A stretch of 64,000 bases of DNA, taken from the NCBI GenBank assembly GCA_965240325.2, contig OZ251247.1, positions 372,001-436,000 on the forward strand, in the 5' to 3' direction. Position 1 is the stretch's first letter; each line of letters begins with the position of its first letter. Positions 45,149 through 55,678 of this stretch are shown piece by piece. A program made the translations under genes and the position numbers. Source of the DNA: Rebecca billardiae RCC1528. Lineage: Eukaryota > Protista > Haptophyta. The notes beneath the pieces are model-generated. The model was not told the origin of the DNA. It saw only the letters and a list, made by a program, of their open reading frames with translations, and did no database searches.

Positions 45149-47714
45149 ATGCGGCGCACGCGAGCACAGCCGGGCTCTCCATCGGCATCTCGCTCTGCGA
45201 CGCCCAAGAAGAGGGAGCGTGATGCGAAGACGCGCAACGCGCGCCGAGAGCAGGCCAAGCTGGACTCGGCGAAGAAAAGGGGCCCCGTGCCAGAGAAGCG
45301 GCAGCGCCGAGACTCGCTCCCCCGAAACGCGCACGCCGAGGAGGCGTACGCCGGCGAGGCGCTGGCAGCTGACATGATGCTCAAGCTCGCGGGCGCGAAG
45401 AAGCAGGCGGAGAAGAAGAAGAAGCAGAAGGTGGAGGTGGCGGCGCGGGGGGACGACGACGACGAGGAGGAGGAGGAGGAGGAGGCGGCGGCGGCGGAGG
45501 CGGAGGCGGATGCGGCCGGCGACGACGAGGAGGAGGACGATGACGAGGAGGAGGAGGAGGCGGAGGCGGAGGCGGAGGCGGAGGCGGAGGGGGAGGGGGA
45601 GCAGGAGGAGGAGGAGGAGGAGGAGGAGGAGGAGGAGGAGGAGGAGGAGGAGGAGGAGGAAGAGGAGGAGGACGGCGCCGAGGAGTCCGACGAGGACTCG
45701 CAGGACAAGCACGACGTCAGGCGGTACGGCGGCCGCAACATCGACGGCGTCGAGAAGACCGACGGCACGAGGATCAGGTTGGAGATGACTGCGCCGAAGG
45801 ACATGCCCTCCTTGGGCGGCAAGGAGATAGTGACGGCGTACATCGGCTACCGCTCAGGCCGATTCTTCGACCCCAACGCGCGGCAGGTGACCGTCGCGTT
45901 CCGCAACCGAAGCCTCTACTGGGGACGGCCCAACGCGCGCACGGTGAGGGCGCTCCTCACACTGGTCGGACAGGTGTGTGAGGCGAAGGTCGGGGCCATG
46001 AGCGAGGCGCGGCCGCACCACAGCGCCAAGCTCTACGCGCTGCCGGCGCCGACTAAGAACGGGCGCGGGCCGAACCTGAAGGCAATGCTCCGCGAGCTCG
46101 ACACGGAGACGACCTTCCAGTTGTACGTCCAGGCGTCGGGGTCGATCGAGGTCGTGGTAGGGCCGACAGTTGCCATGTACGCCGAGGAGAAGGCGGAAGC
46201 TGAGGTGCAGCTGGCGACGGCGGCGAGTAAGCGCGAGCATGAGGCCGCGATGCGTGCGAGTGATGCGAAGCGCGCCGAGCTGCTGCGCGAACGCGCCAAG
46301 CTCAGGAACGCCAAGCTGCAGAAGCAGGTCGACGGTGTCGTCGTCGGCGGCGGCGGCGGCGCGCGTGGCAGCGGTGGCGGCCGCAGCGGCGGCCTGGACG
46401 ACGGCTGCGACGAGGAGGACCTCGGCACGCCCATCGGGGGGCGGCAGTACGCGATTTACCTGTATCCGATGCATGCGACGTCGGGCGGGGTGCGGCTGCA
46501 ATTCCTCCGCATCGACGGCGAGCAGCTCGCCAGCCTCAGCGACGCCGAGCACGCGGTGCGCACTGCACAGCCCTCCGGGCATCTGTTCGGGCCGCTGCCC
46601 GGCACGCCGCTGGAGCTCTCTCTGCTGCATGTGGCCTCGGGCGGCAAGATCGTGGCCGCCGGCCCGCACGAGATCTTGACGAGGGGCTCTGACCTGTCGA
46701 AGCAGTACACGCGCAACCCGCGCGAGAGCGGGCTCCACGTGCTCCACCTCGGGCTCCAGCCGGCACCTGCGCCCGCAGCACCTGCGCCGTCGGCTGTTGC
46801 CGGTGGAAAGAATCGGCGGGCGGCGGCGGGCGGCCTGACGCTAGCGCAGCGGCTCGCCGCGCAGACGGTCGACAACGCGCCGGATGCGCCACGCGCGAGC
46901 CTCGGTGGGCGCAGCACCGATTACCGCCCGACGTACGACCCGCACGGCAACGGGTCTCCGCCGACGCCGCTCGGTTCGTCCCCCGCGGAGCAGCTCAACG
47001 ATATGCAGAACATGAACGACCTGAGGAGCATGGTCGGCACCTGGTTCGGCAGCAAGTGGAAGCACGACTCGGCGCTCGAGAGTTTTGCTGTCAAGGAGCT
47101 GATCAACTCCGGCCTGCATTACGACATCCTCGCCCGCCCGGAACACGCGGGCCAGCGGCTCGACCAGGTCCGCTTCGAATGGCCGCCACACAACCGCCCG
47201 CGCGACAAGAACGTACACGGTGTGTGCGCGGCGCGCGGCGCGCGCGCGCGCCAGAGACCACGCGCCCTCCTCTCACACGCTACATCTACGCACGCGTGCG
47301 AACCCCTGCCCCGCAGCGTCACACGCGGCAGCGCCGCCGACCCAGTACCCGCCGGCGGCGCAGGCATTCGCAGCGCTCGGCGCTGGCGCGATGGCGCCGA
47401 GGGCGCCTTACCCACAGCCTGGCGGGGCGCCCGCCGTGCCGCCTCACCTCTCCTTCAGCGAGCGGTCCGCGCGCTTTGCGCGCGCCATCGCGGAGCTGAA
47501 AATGAATGCCGACTTTGACACCGAGATGAAGATGTACCTCGCGCAAGCAGCTGCTACGGAGAACAGCATGCCTACCCTGAGCGATCCGCAGGCGCGCTCT
47601 CTATTCGCGCACAGCGTCGGCCCCTCCTCCTCACCTGTCGCGGTCGGCTCGCAGTACAACGACTACCGTGGACGTGGTGACGACGACGATTTCACGGGCG
47701 GCAGCAACCCCTGA
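45149..47714 (+). CDS. Transposon accessory protein of unknown function (about 820 aa; basic N-terminus, poly-Glu tract); probable intron 47220-47316
   Basis: Long GC3-biased ORF starting at an ATG inside the left TIR. A g|GTGTGT...CCGCAG| splice puts the 47317-47714 block (MNADFDTEMKMYLAQ...GSNP*) in frame. Confidence 0.75.
45465..45672 (+). repeat. (GAG)n / (GAGGCG)n coding repeat giving poly-Glu and EA tracts
   Basis: Seen directly. Confidence 0.95.
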
Positions 47715-47744
47715 TCGCCATCGTCAGTCGATGATGCTGCTGAC

Positions 47745-47930
47745 AACATTATAAACAGTGACGGCGATTTCAGCTGCTACATCCGGGCGTCATTGAAAAT
47801 CGGTCAATAAATACGCGTATTATTATAATAATATTGTTAAATAATATATTGTAATATGTATCATCGTCCGATATTATTATAAAATATATATTTAACCGTG
47901 CGCTGTGACTTAGCCATATAGTTTGAGTAA
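47745..47930. terminator. AT-rich region between the convergent transposon genes; probable bidirectional 3'-end/polyadenylation region
   Basis: Sharp AT enrichment with AATAAA near 47807, between the stops at 47714 (+) and 48008 (-). Confidence 0.5.
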
Positions 47931-48007
47931 GTGACGGTCGAGTCCGCTGACGGATCGCAGACGGCAGAGTCCGAGATTACATACGACGAATATCGTGGCG
48001 CCTACGA

Positions 48008-49069
48008 CTACACACTGTAGCCACAACGCGCAAAGTTGCGTGCCGCGCTGGCCGCCGGGTGGTCGCTCGTGAAGCAGCACGCAAAGGCAAGCGCCAGTGC
48101 TTCTGTCAGCTCCATCGAGTTGAGCGTGCGGCCGTGGCGACGCCAGTACGCCTTAAACGTGTTGAAGGCGAACTCGATCGGCGAGTCGATCGGCGAGTAC
48201 GGTGCCAGGTAGAGGATGCGCCCGCCCTTCATCGCCACGGCACGACGCAGCAGCTTCTCCTCTGCGTGGTGAGTGCGGCAGTTGTCCAGGACAAGGATCG
48301 ACCGCGGCTGCGGCCACGGCTGCATGTTGTCGTCAATCATGTCGATGATCGCCTCCATGAAGCGCTCTGTGTTGAAGGCGCCCTGGGCCCATCGGAAGTC
48401 GACGAAGCCCGTGACGTCGTACAACGCCAACACCGAGATCATCTTGCCCCGGTGCCAGATCTCAGTCACCGTCACGCGCGAGCCGACAGCACCCCATCCA
48501 CGCTTGCGCCGCATCGTGCGACTGTCCATGGCCGTCTCGTCGCCGAAAAGCAGTTGAGCCCGCGTGATCACGTTCTCTGCGATCGCTGCCCAGTACAGCA
48601 TCCGGTTGAACTCGTCCCGCTGCTGCGCCTTCCTCTGCATCTTCTTCAACGAGATGTGGGCAGCGAGAAGGGCCCCGTGGACGTACTGCCTGGAGTAGAT
48701 CACCCGGGTACGACGCCACAGCTCGTCGCACATCTCGTCCAGGAAGAGCCATGGGTGCTCCGCGACGATGGCGAGCAGCGTCTTCTGGTGCTCCGGCGGC
48801 ATCTTCTTCCGGGCTGGCTTGCGGGGGGCGAAGTCCACCAGGCCGGTATCGTTGTAGCGCTTGATCGTCTTCTGTACAGTGCGCCTGGACACGCCCGTGC
48901 GGAAGGTGGCAACGAGCTCAGCGATTGTGGCTGTGCCGATATTGTGCACGAAGAACATGACCACGATCGCCTGCAACAGGTCGACCCCGAGCCGCCCCCC
49001 AGCGCGGCCGCGCGGCCGCCCACGCGCACGGCCCGGGCCGACTGAACGTGCGCCTCCAACGTGCCGCAT
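48008..49069 (-). CDS. IS630/Tc1-like DDE transposase (DD36E), 353 aa
   Basis: HTH region (VSRRTVQKTIKRY, HPWLFLDEMCDEL). Catalytic motifs LLFGDET, SILVLDNCRTHH and LYLAPYSPIDSPIEFAF, with 36 residues between the second D and the E. The ATG lies inside the right TIR. Confidence 0.93.
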   Translation of the reverse strand: MRHVGGARSVGPGRARGRPRGRAGGRLGVDLLQAIVVMFFVHNIGTATIAELVATFRTGVSRRTVQKTIKRYNDTGLVDFAPRKPARKKMPPEHQKTLLAIVAEHPWLFLDEMCDELWRRTRVIYSRQYVHGALLAAHISLKKMQRKAQQRDEFNRMLYWAAIAENVITRAQLLFGDETAMDSRTMRRKRGWGAVGSRVTVTEIWHRGKMISVLALYDVTGFVDFRWAQGAFNTERFMEAIIDMIDDNMQPWPQPRSILVLDNCRTHHAEEKLLRRAVAMKGGRILYLAPYSPIDSPIEFAFNTFKAYWRRHGRTLNSMELTEALALAFACCFTSDHPAASAARNFARCGYSV

Positions 49070-50144
49070 CGGGGCAGATCTGGCTGACGCCGCTGCGGTT
49101 GCGGGGCGCGGGGGTGGTGGGGCGCGGGTGGGCGGCCGGGCGTCAGCCAGATCACTCGCCCGCGCGCGCGCCCGCGCGCGCGCGCTCGCGCCCGCGTCGC
49201 ACGCGCCTTCGGGGCGACGGAGGCTCCCCGCCTCTGACGCGCGCGCTTCAGCGAGCGCATTCCGGCCGCGCGGTGCTCGCGGCGAATTGCAGGATTTGAC
49301 GAGTAGTATGCGTGCGGCCAGCAGACGGCTGCGCTCGGCCTTGGGCGGGTGAGCTTCGACGCTGATGACGAGGATAGTGCGGACGAGCATGACGAAGTCA
49401 CCACGCCCACACTCATGGAGCAGCTCCCGTCACTCTACGCTGCGCGCTGCTGACGGGCGGGTTGGGAGTGCTGCTGCCTGTGGGCGGCAGTGGCGTGGCC
49501 CGCAGCCTTATTCGTGCCAGCATACGCCATGCTCCAGGCCACGACGACTCACGACTGTCATCATGGATCATCCGTAGTGGTGCGACCTTGAACAGAACTT
49601 TGACTGCGCGTGAGGCGGAATGACGCACGCGCGGGATGATGACGATCCGAGCTAGCACTGCTCCTGCGGTCCAAGGGCTTTGTCCGCCCGAATTAAGTAA
49701 TTGTTTAAATAAGCTGATGTGTTCATCACAGATCACTGTTCACCAGAAAACTTTTATTTATACGTACAGTTGTGTGACGTTGAATTCGGATGCTTAAATG
49801 TTTCGGACGCGGAAAGGCTCGGGCGCTGAAAGCGCCCGAGCCCACCCTTGAGGTCCGGAGGCGCACACCGTACCCGCTTGCCGTGCTTGATTTGAAAGTT
49901 TCACGGCGACCCCGCGTTCTCCCGCATATACAATCGCATCAAACATGAGACGGCTTAGAATAGTGAGTAGGCATCTCCCACAATCTCGCGGGAATCTAGA
50001 ACGGCGCGGGGGTATCTCAGCGTACTGCAAGGTATCTTCGTACGCTGAAACATTCATGCGCTCAAATGGTCAGCCATGTGTTTCGGCGACGACGAATCGC
50101 GCGCCGCGATTTAGGCTAGAATTCCCTAATGCACTTCAGACTAC

Positions 50145-50254
50145 CGAATGTGCTTTCTGATTGGTTGGAGGGTAGCATCGCCCGCCCGAATCTTGCAGTC
50201 GAATGTGCTTTCTGATTGGTTGGAGGGTAGCCTCGCCCGCCCGAATCTTGTAGT
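50145..50254. repeat. 55-bp tandem repeat x2 containing ATTGG (reverse CCAAT)
   Basis: cgaatgtgctttctgattggttggagggtagc.tcgcccgcccgaatcttg twice. Confidence 0.85.
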
Positions 50255-51479
50255 TATGGTATGTTTGTCCGTGCGAGCTGCGTGGCCACAACAAGGCCGA
50301 CTCGCGTCGCGGTAAAAGTTGAAGTTCGGTGTCGCTCGGCGCTCGCCAACGTGCTCCGCTCCGCACGCCACGGCCTTCGCCCCTGCGTCCGCGTCCCGGT
50401 GCCGCAGCCGGCCAACGGTCCGACGTGATGCCCACCGTCAGTGGATCACGACGCGTCTGAAACTGCACCTCTCACTACACCTTGACCTGTTCATCCGACT
50501 CGGTCACGACCGTGCACCGTGCGCGTCGGCTGGCGGCCCCGCGGCAGCAGTGAGCTCGCACATCGGGCGCTCAACGTCACCTCAAGTACATGGGCATCTC
50601 GTGTGTTCTCGATTTTCCGTGTAGGCTTGACCCCCAGGGCGTCGCTCTCCCCAGGCGGCGTGGTTGGATTTGGCAAACCTTTTGCCATGGTTCTGGAGCC
50701 TTTCCGGACCGCCATGCCGAATCCGCCATCGTGCGGCCGGTTTGGCGGTCCGGAAAAGGTTTCAGAACCAGGCAAAAGGTTTGTTTGGGGATACGACAGT
50801 ACAGGTCGCTGCTTCAACTTTCGGACCCGATTGCTGTTCACTTTTTGTGCACGATGGCGGCGGCGCCCCCGGGGGTCTGCGGCGCTCGAGATCGCGTCTG
50901 GCGGCACCCCCAGGGTGTGCCTGAGGTACAACCCAGCGGCTATGTACCATTTAGACGACTTTGTTCCACTACCATGTGCCCCACGGACGCCACGAGGTCC
51001 ACGACGGGGCCGCCGACGGCATGCTTCAACTTTCGGACCCGCGGGCTCTCAGCGCGCGCGCCGAGTCAGAGCCGCTGCCTGGTGAGCCGTGTGAGTCGGG
51101 CTAACGGCATCATGCATTCTAGACATAACATACATGCAGTAGACCACCTCAGGAACGGACGAACATGCTCACTCAGCTTCCGCGCTAGCCGCCCAGACGG
51201 CAGCTGCGGCTGCGCCGCCGCGGGCACCGTCGACCACTTTCGGACCGCATGCTCTCAGCATGCACGCGGAGTCTGCTAGCAGCTGCGGCCTGGTAGGCCA
51301 TTTGAGTCGGGCTGACGGCATCATACATTCCAGACATCACGTGCGTGTAGCATCCAACCCCAGGGGCAGGTAAGCATGCTCACCAGGCGACTGTCGATGT
51401 CAGCTCCAGACCCTGCGCCGCGGGCACCGTCCGGCGTTCGCCGTCGACGTCGACCTGGTGAACTTTCGGACCGCCGGCC

Positions 51480-52030
51480 AGCACGCGCACGCGCCGCCTC
51501 CGCCTCCTTCTGCGCAGTTCGCGCGGCCTTCTTCTGGTTGAATTCCCGCAACGACCACGAGTCATTCTGGCCATCATTGAGCCGCATGTTGTCCGGCTTC
51601 GGCGCGGCGACCTCTACGGCGTGCACAGGAAGGATACCGAGCTGGTCGGCGAGCTCAGCCGCGTCGAACCTCACCGCCTCAGCCTAGCGCACGTCATCAA
51701 GTTCGGCCTCGTGCTGCTCACGAAGGCGCGCGAGCTTGGCGGCCTGGCGTGCCGACTACTGCTTGGCAAGCTCAACGTTGGCGCGGAAGGCTGGAGCAGT
51801 CTTCCAGCGCATCCCCGCCGGCGTGGCTGTGAACACACTCAACTTCGATGATGAGAGCGTGCCAGAGGGCTCGTTGTCGTCGGCCGAGCACGCAGCCGCG
51901 CGCCCCAACACCACCGCATGGCAGCCGCCTTCTGGGCAACTACCGCGCGCTATATCTTGTAGGTCTCCGCTTTCGCGCCTCAACCGAGTACGGCTTGACG
52001 CCCTTAGCCGCCTTCATCGAGGCGCTTGCG
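51480..52030 (-). pseudogene. Degenerate coding remnant with in-frame stops, possibly from a transposable element
   Basis: ORFs 51756..51983 and 51321..51674 are in one frame separated by TAG stops (...NVELAKQ*SARQAAKLARLREQHEAELDDVR*AEAVRFDAAEL...). No catalytic motif recognised. Confidence 0.35.
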
Positions 52031-52345
52031 CTGGGCCCGGCCGGCGCGCACAGCGTAAGCGCGGGCGTACCGATCAGCGCAGCGCCTGAGCTGCGAGCGG
52101 CCGAGGACGATGCCAGCAGGCACCGCGACCCGACTGGTAACGTATAGTGACGGGCACGTCACCCCACGCGCCGACAGGCTGCTCAGCCCTGCCGCGGCGC
52201 GCCCGCCACGCACCCGCCGATGAGCGAGCCACTGTCGCCATCGCCCGGGTCCGAAAAACGAAGCAGTCCGAAAAACGAAGCAGCGACCTGTAGTATGCGG
52301 CCAACCGCCATCGCCATCGCGGGCAAGGGCGCGCTCGGCCGAGAG

Positions 52346-53858
52346 ATGGCATCCGCGGCGACGACGCACGGGCGTGGCGGGGCGCACTCGGGAGCGCTGA
52401 TGCTGCCCGACCTGCCGCCCGAGCTGATCGCGCGGCTGCTGCTTTGTTTCGACAGCGCGCGTGACCTCGCCGCCGCCAACGCCGCCTCGCGCCTCTTCCG
52501 CGGCGCGCCCGGCGAGCGCTCGCCGGTCGAGCACGCGCTGCGCGAGCGCGCGCGCGCTCGCGGCCACGCTGACGCGCTGCCCACTGAGCTGCCGGCGGGC
52601 GTGCGCACATGGCTGGAGGCGCTGCTAGCGCGTGAGCGACTGGTCGAGATCGCGCACGCGCACCGGAACGTCGTCGCCGCCGGCGCATTCCTCGACGTCG
52701 CTTGCTTCAGCGCGTTTGTGGACGCGGAGGGCGGGCTGCACACGTGCAGCGAGGAGGAGGAGGTGCTGGATGATCGCTTCCAGTGGACGGGCGAGTATCG
52801 GCTGCACGCGTCCATCGGCCACCCAGATGCGCCGAACGTGTGCTTGCCGACGCGCGTCGCCTCGCTCAGCGCAGTGCGCGTGCGCTCCGTGGCCGCTGGG
52901 CGGGACCACCTGCTCGCGCTGAGCGCCGCCGGCACCGTGTACGGCTGCGGCATCAACGAGTACGGTCAGCTGGGGCTGGGGGACGCCGACGAGCGGCGGT
53001 CGTTTTGCGGAGGTAGACGTGCGTTCAGGTGGGTTGGTCGGGGCTATCGCCGCGGCCGCTTGCCACAGCATCGCGCTCACCGCCGCTGGGTGTGTGTACA
53101 GCTGGGGCCGCAACGAGTGCGGCCGGCTCGGCCACGGCGACACGAAGGAGCGGCGGGAGCCGACGCGCATCGAGGCGCTGGACGGCGTGCTCGTGGGTGG
53201 CGCGTCCGCGGGCGAGGCGCACACGCTGCTGCTCTCGGTGCAGGGCGCCGTCTACTCGTGCGGTTGGGGCTACAAGGGCCGTCACGGCCACGGCAACAAG
53301 AAAAGTCGGCGCACGCCGAGGCGCATCGAGGCGCTCGCGGGCGTGCGCGCCGTGCACGTGAGCGCGGGCAGGCTGCACAGCCTGGTGGTGGACGCGGCGG
53401 GTGGTGTGCACTCTTTTGGATGTGGGGACGGGGGCTGCCTGGGCCACGGGGACGAGGCCAAGCAAACACTGCCCAAGCGTATAGAGGCGTTGGCGGGTGT
53501 GCACGCCGTGCGCGCGTGCGCTGGCTCAGGCGGCAGCGCAGTGGTCGGCGCTGACGGCAGCGTGCACACGTTCGGGGACAACGAGCAAGGGCAGCTGGGG
53601 CTCGGCGCCGAGCGTGAGCACGCGCGGCTGCCCGCGCGCGTTGACACCCTCTCTCCCCAGCCCGCGCTCGGCTGCTCGCTCTGCGGCACCCACGCGCTGT
53701 TCTTGACGGTGGAAGGCGCTGTGTACGCATGTGGCATGCAGTCGGCAGCACTCGGCCTCGGGCTGGCGATCAACGCCAACGAGGAGGGTGGGCGCTCTGC
53801 GCAGCCGGCGCCGCAGCGCGTGACGCAGCTGCCGCCCCTTGCGGGCACGCTTCCCTGA
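52346..53858 (+). pseudogene. F-box/RCC1-repeat gene copy 12 with a +1 frameshift (possibly a sequencing error)
   Basis: TTTT at 53003-53006; deleting one T gives RRSFAEVDVRSGGLVGAIAAAACHS and fuses ORFs 52220..53554 and 53019..53858. Confidence 0.85.
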
Positions 53859-54063
53859 GCACTCGCGGCGCGCGGTATCGGCCACCATGCGCGGATGACG
53901 GCAATGGTCGCGGCGGCCCTGGGTCCAGTCACGTCACACGTGTGTAGCCTAAAGTACCCCCATAGCCGGGCGGGCATAGGGAACAGCACTGCTCCGCCAC
54001 TGAGTGGACAACCAATAAGCCGCGATGACGCCGCGCGGGCAAGCGGAAGGGCGCTCGGGCGAG

Positions 54064-55563
54064 ATGGCATCCGCGGCGACGACGCACGAGCGCGACGAGG
54101 CGCACGTGGGAGCGCGGCTGCTGACCGACCTGCCGTCCGAGCTGGTCTCGTGCCTGTTGGCCCACCTCGGCTGTACGCGTGACCTCGCCGCCGCCAACGC
54201 CGCCTCGCGCCTCTTCCGCGGCGCGCCCGGCGGGCGCTCGCCGGTCGAGCACGCGCTGCGCGAGCGCGCGCGCGCGCGGGGGCGTGCGTGCGCGCTGCCC
54301 ACCGAGCTGCCGGCGGGCGTGCGCTCATGGCTGGAGGAGCTGTTTGCGCGTGAGCGACTGGTCGAGCTCGCGCACGCGCACCGGAACGTCGTCGCCGCCG
54401 GCGCAGCCCTCGACGTCGCTAGCTTCAGCGCGTTTGTGGACGCGGAGGGCGGGCTGCACACGTGCGGCGAGGAGGAGGTGGTGGACGAGGTCTGGGGGGA
54501 GCTGCCGGGCGAGTATCGACCGTCCATGGCGATCGACCACCCAGATGCGCTGAGCGTGTGCTTGCCGACGCGCGTGGCCTCGCTGAGCGCGGTGCGCGTG
54601 TGCTCCGTGGCCGCTGGCTGCGCCCACCTGCTCGCGCTGAGCGATGCCGGCGACGTGTTCGGCTGCGGCAAGAACCACCGCGGACAGCTTGGGCTGGGCA
54701 ACGCGGAGAGGCGGTGGTCGTTTGCCCTGGTCGGCGCATTGCGAGGTCAGCTCGTCGTGATCGCGGCTCGCGGGCACCACAGCCTCGCGCTCAGCGCCGC
54801 TGGCTGTGCGTACAGCTGGGGCAGCAACGGCTGCGGCCAGCTCGGCCACGGCGACACGGAGAAGCGGTGGGAGCCGACGCGCATCGAGGCGCTGGACGGC
54901 GTGCGCGTGGGCGGCGTTGCTGCAGGTGGTGCTCACACGCTGTTCCTATCTGCGCATGGCGCCGTCTTCTCGTCCGGCGACGGCTACTTTGGCCAGCTCG
55001 GCCACGGCGACCGGCGGAATCAGCACACGCCGAGGCGCATCGAGGCGCTCGCGGGCGTGCGTGCCGTGCACGTGAGCGCGGGCACGGAGCACAGCCTGGT
55101 GGTGGACAGCGACGGGGTGGTGTACTCGTTTGGACGTGGGGACGGGGGCTGCCTGGGCCATGGGGACAAGGTCACACAACATCTGCCCAAGCGCATCGAT
55201 GCATTCGCGGGCGTGCACGCCGTGCGCGCCTGTGGCGGGCTATGCAGCAGCGCGGTGGTCGGCGCTGACGGCAGTATGCACACGTTCGGGAGCAACGAGC
55301 ACGGGCAGCTGGGGCTCGGCGCCGAGCGTGGGTGTGCGCTGCTGCCAGCGCGCGGCGACACCCTCATGCACCCGCCCGTGCTCGGCGTCTCGCTCGGCGA
55401 CACCCACGCCCTATTCGTGACAGCTGGCGGCGCTGTGTACGCATGCGGCATGCTGTCGGCAGCACTCGGCCTGGGCATGCGGCGCGAGCCACGCATCAGG
55501 ACACGGCCCGTGCCGGTCCAGCGAGTGACGCAGCTGCCGCCCCTTTCGCGCATGCTTCCCTGA
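54064..55563 (+). CDS. F-box/RCC1-repeat protein copy 13
   Basis: LTDLPSELVSCLLAHLGCTRDLAAANAASRLFR, RCC1 blades. Confidence 0.92.
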   Translation: MASAATTHERDEAHVGARLLTDLPSELVSCLLAHLGCTRDLAAANAASRLFRGAPGGRSPVEHALRERARARGRACALPTELPAGVRSWLEELFARERLVELAHAHRNVVAAGAALDVASFSAFVDAEGGLHTCGEEEVVDEVWGELPGEYRPSMAIDHPDALSVCLPTRVASLSAVRVCSVAAGCAHLLALSDAGDVFGCGKNHRGQLGLGNAERRWSFALVGALRGQLVVIAARGHHSLALSAAGCAYSWGSNGCGQLGHGDTEKRWEPTRIEALDGVRVGGVAAGGAHTLFLSAHGAVFSSGDGYFGQLGHGDRRNQHTPRRIEALAGVRAVHVSAGTEHSLVVDSDGVVYSFGRGDGGCLGHGDKVTQHLPKRIDAFAGVHAVRACGGLCSSAVVGADGSMHTFGSNEHGQLGLGAERGCALLPARGDTLMHPPVLGVSLGDTHALFVTAGGAVYACGMLSAALGLGMRREPRIRTRPVPVQRVTQLPPLSRMLP

Positions 55564-55678
55564 GCACTCGCGCAGCGCGATATCATCCGCGCCATGCACG
55601 GGTGACGATGATGGCTCCGGTCGGGGCGGTCCTGTCACTGGGTCCAGTCGCGTCAGGTGTATCGTAGCAATCGCACTA

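Larger units (their letters stand above)
44912..49306. mobile_element. IS630/Tc1-mariner superfamily transposon, 4395 bp, 244-bp TIRs, TA TSD, two convergent genes
   Basis: TIRs at 44912-45155 and 49063-49306 begin CTACTCGTCAAATCCTGC and give identical translations. TA at 44910-44911 and 49307-49308. Contains a DDE transposase. Confidence 0.96.
43521..49453 (+). pseudogene. F-box/RCC1-repeat gene copy 11, interrupted by a transposon (43521-44911 joined to 49309-49453)
   Basis: Removing 44912-49308 restores TADGRVYACGQQTAALGLG...TPTLMEQLPSLYAARC*, collinear with copy 5. Confidence 0.93.

Noticed and set aside
43464-45377. 637-aa RCC1 protein with a novel C-terminus
   Set aside because: Read-through from copy 11 into the transposon TIR; the true tail is at 49309-49453.
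48008-49390. 460-aa transposase as given in the ORF track
   Set aside because: The first 107 codons run through host sequence and the TIR; the first ATG inside the element in this frame is at 49069.
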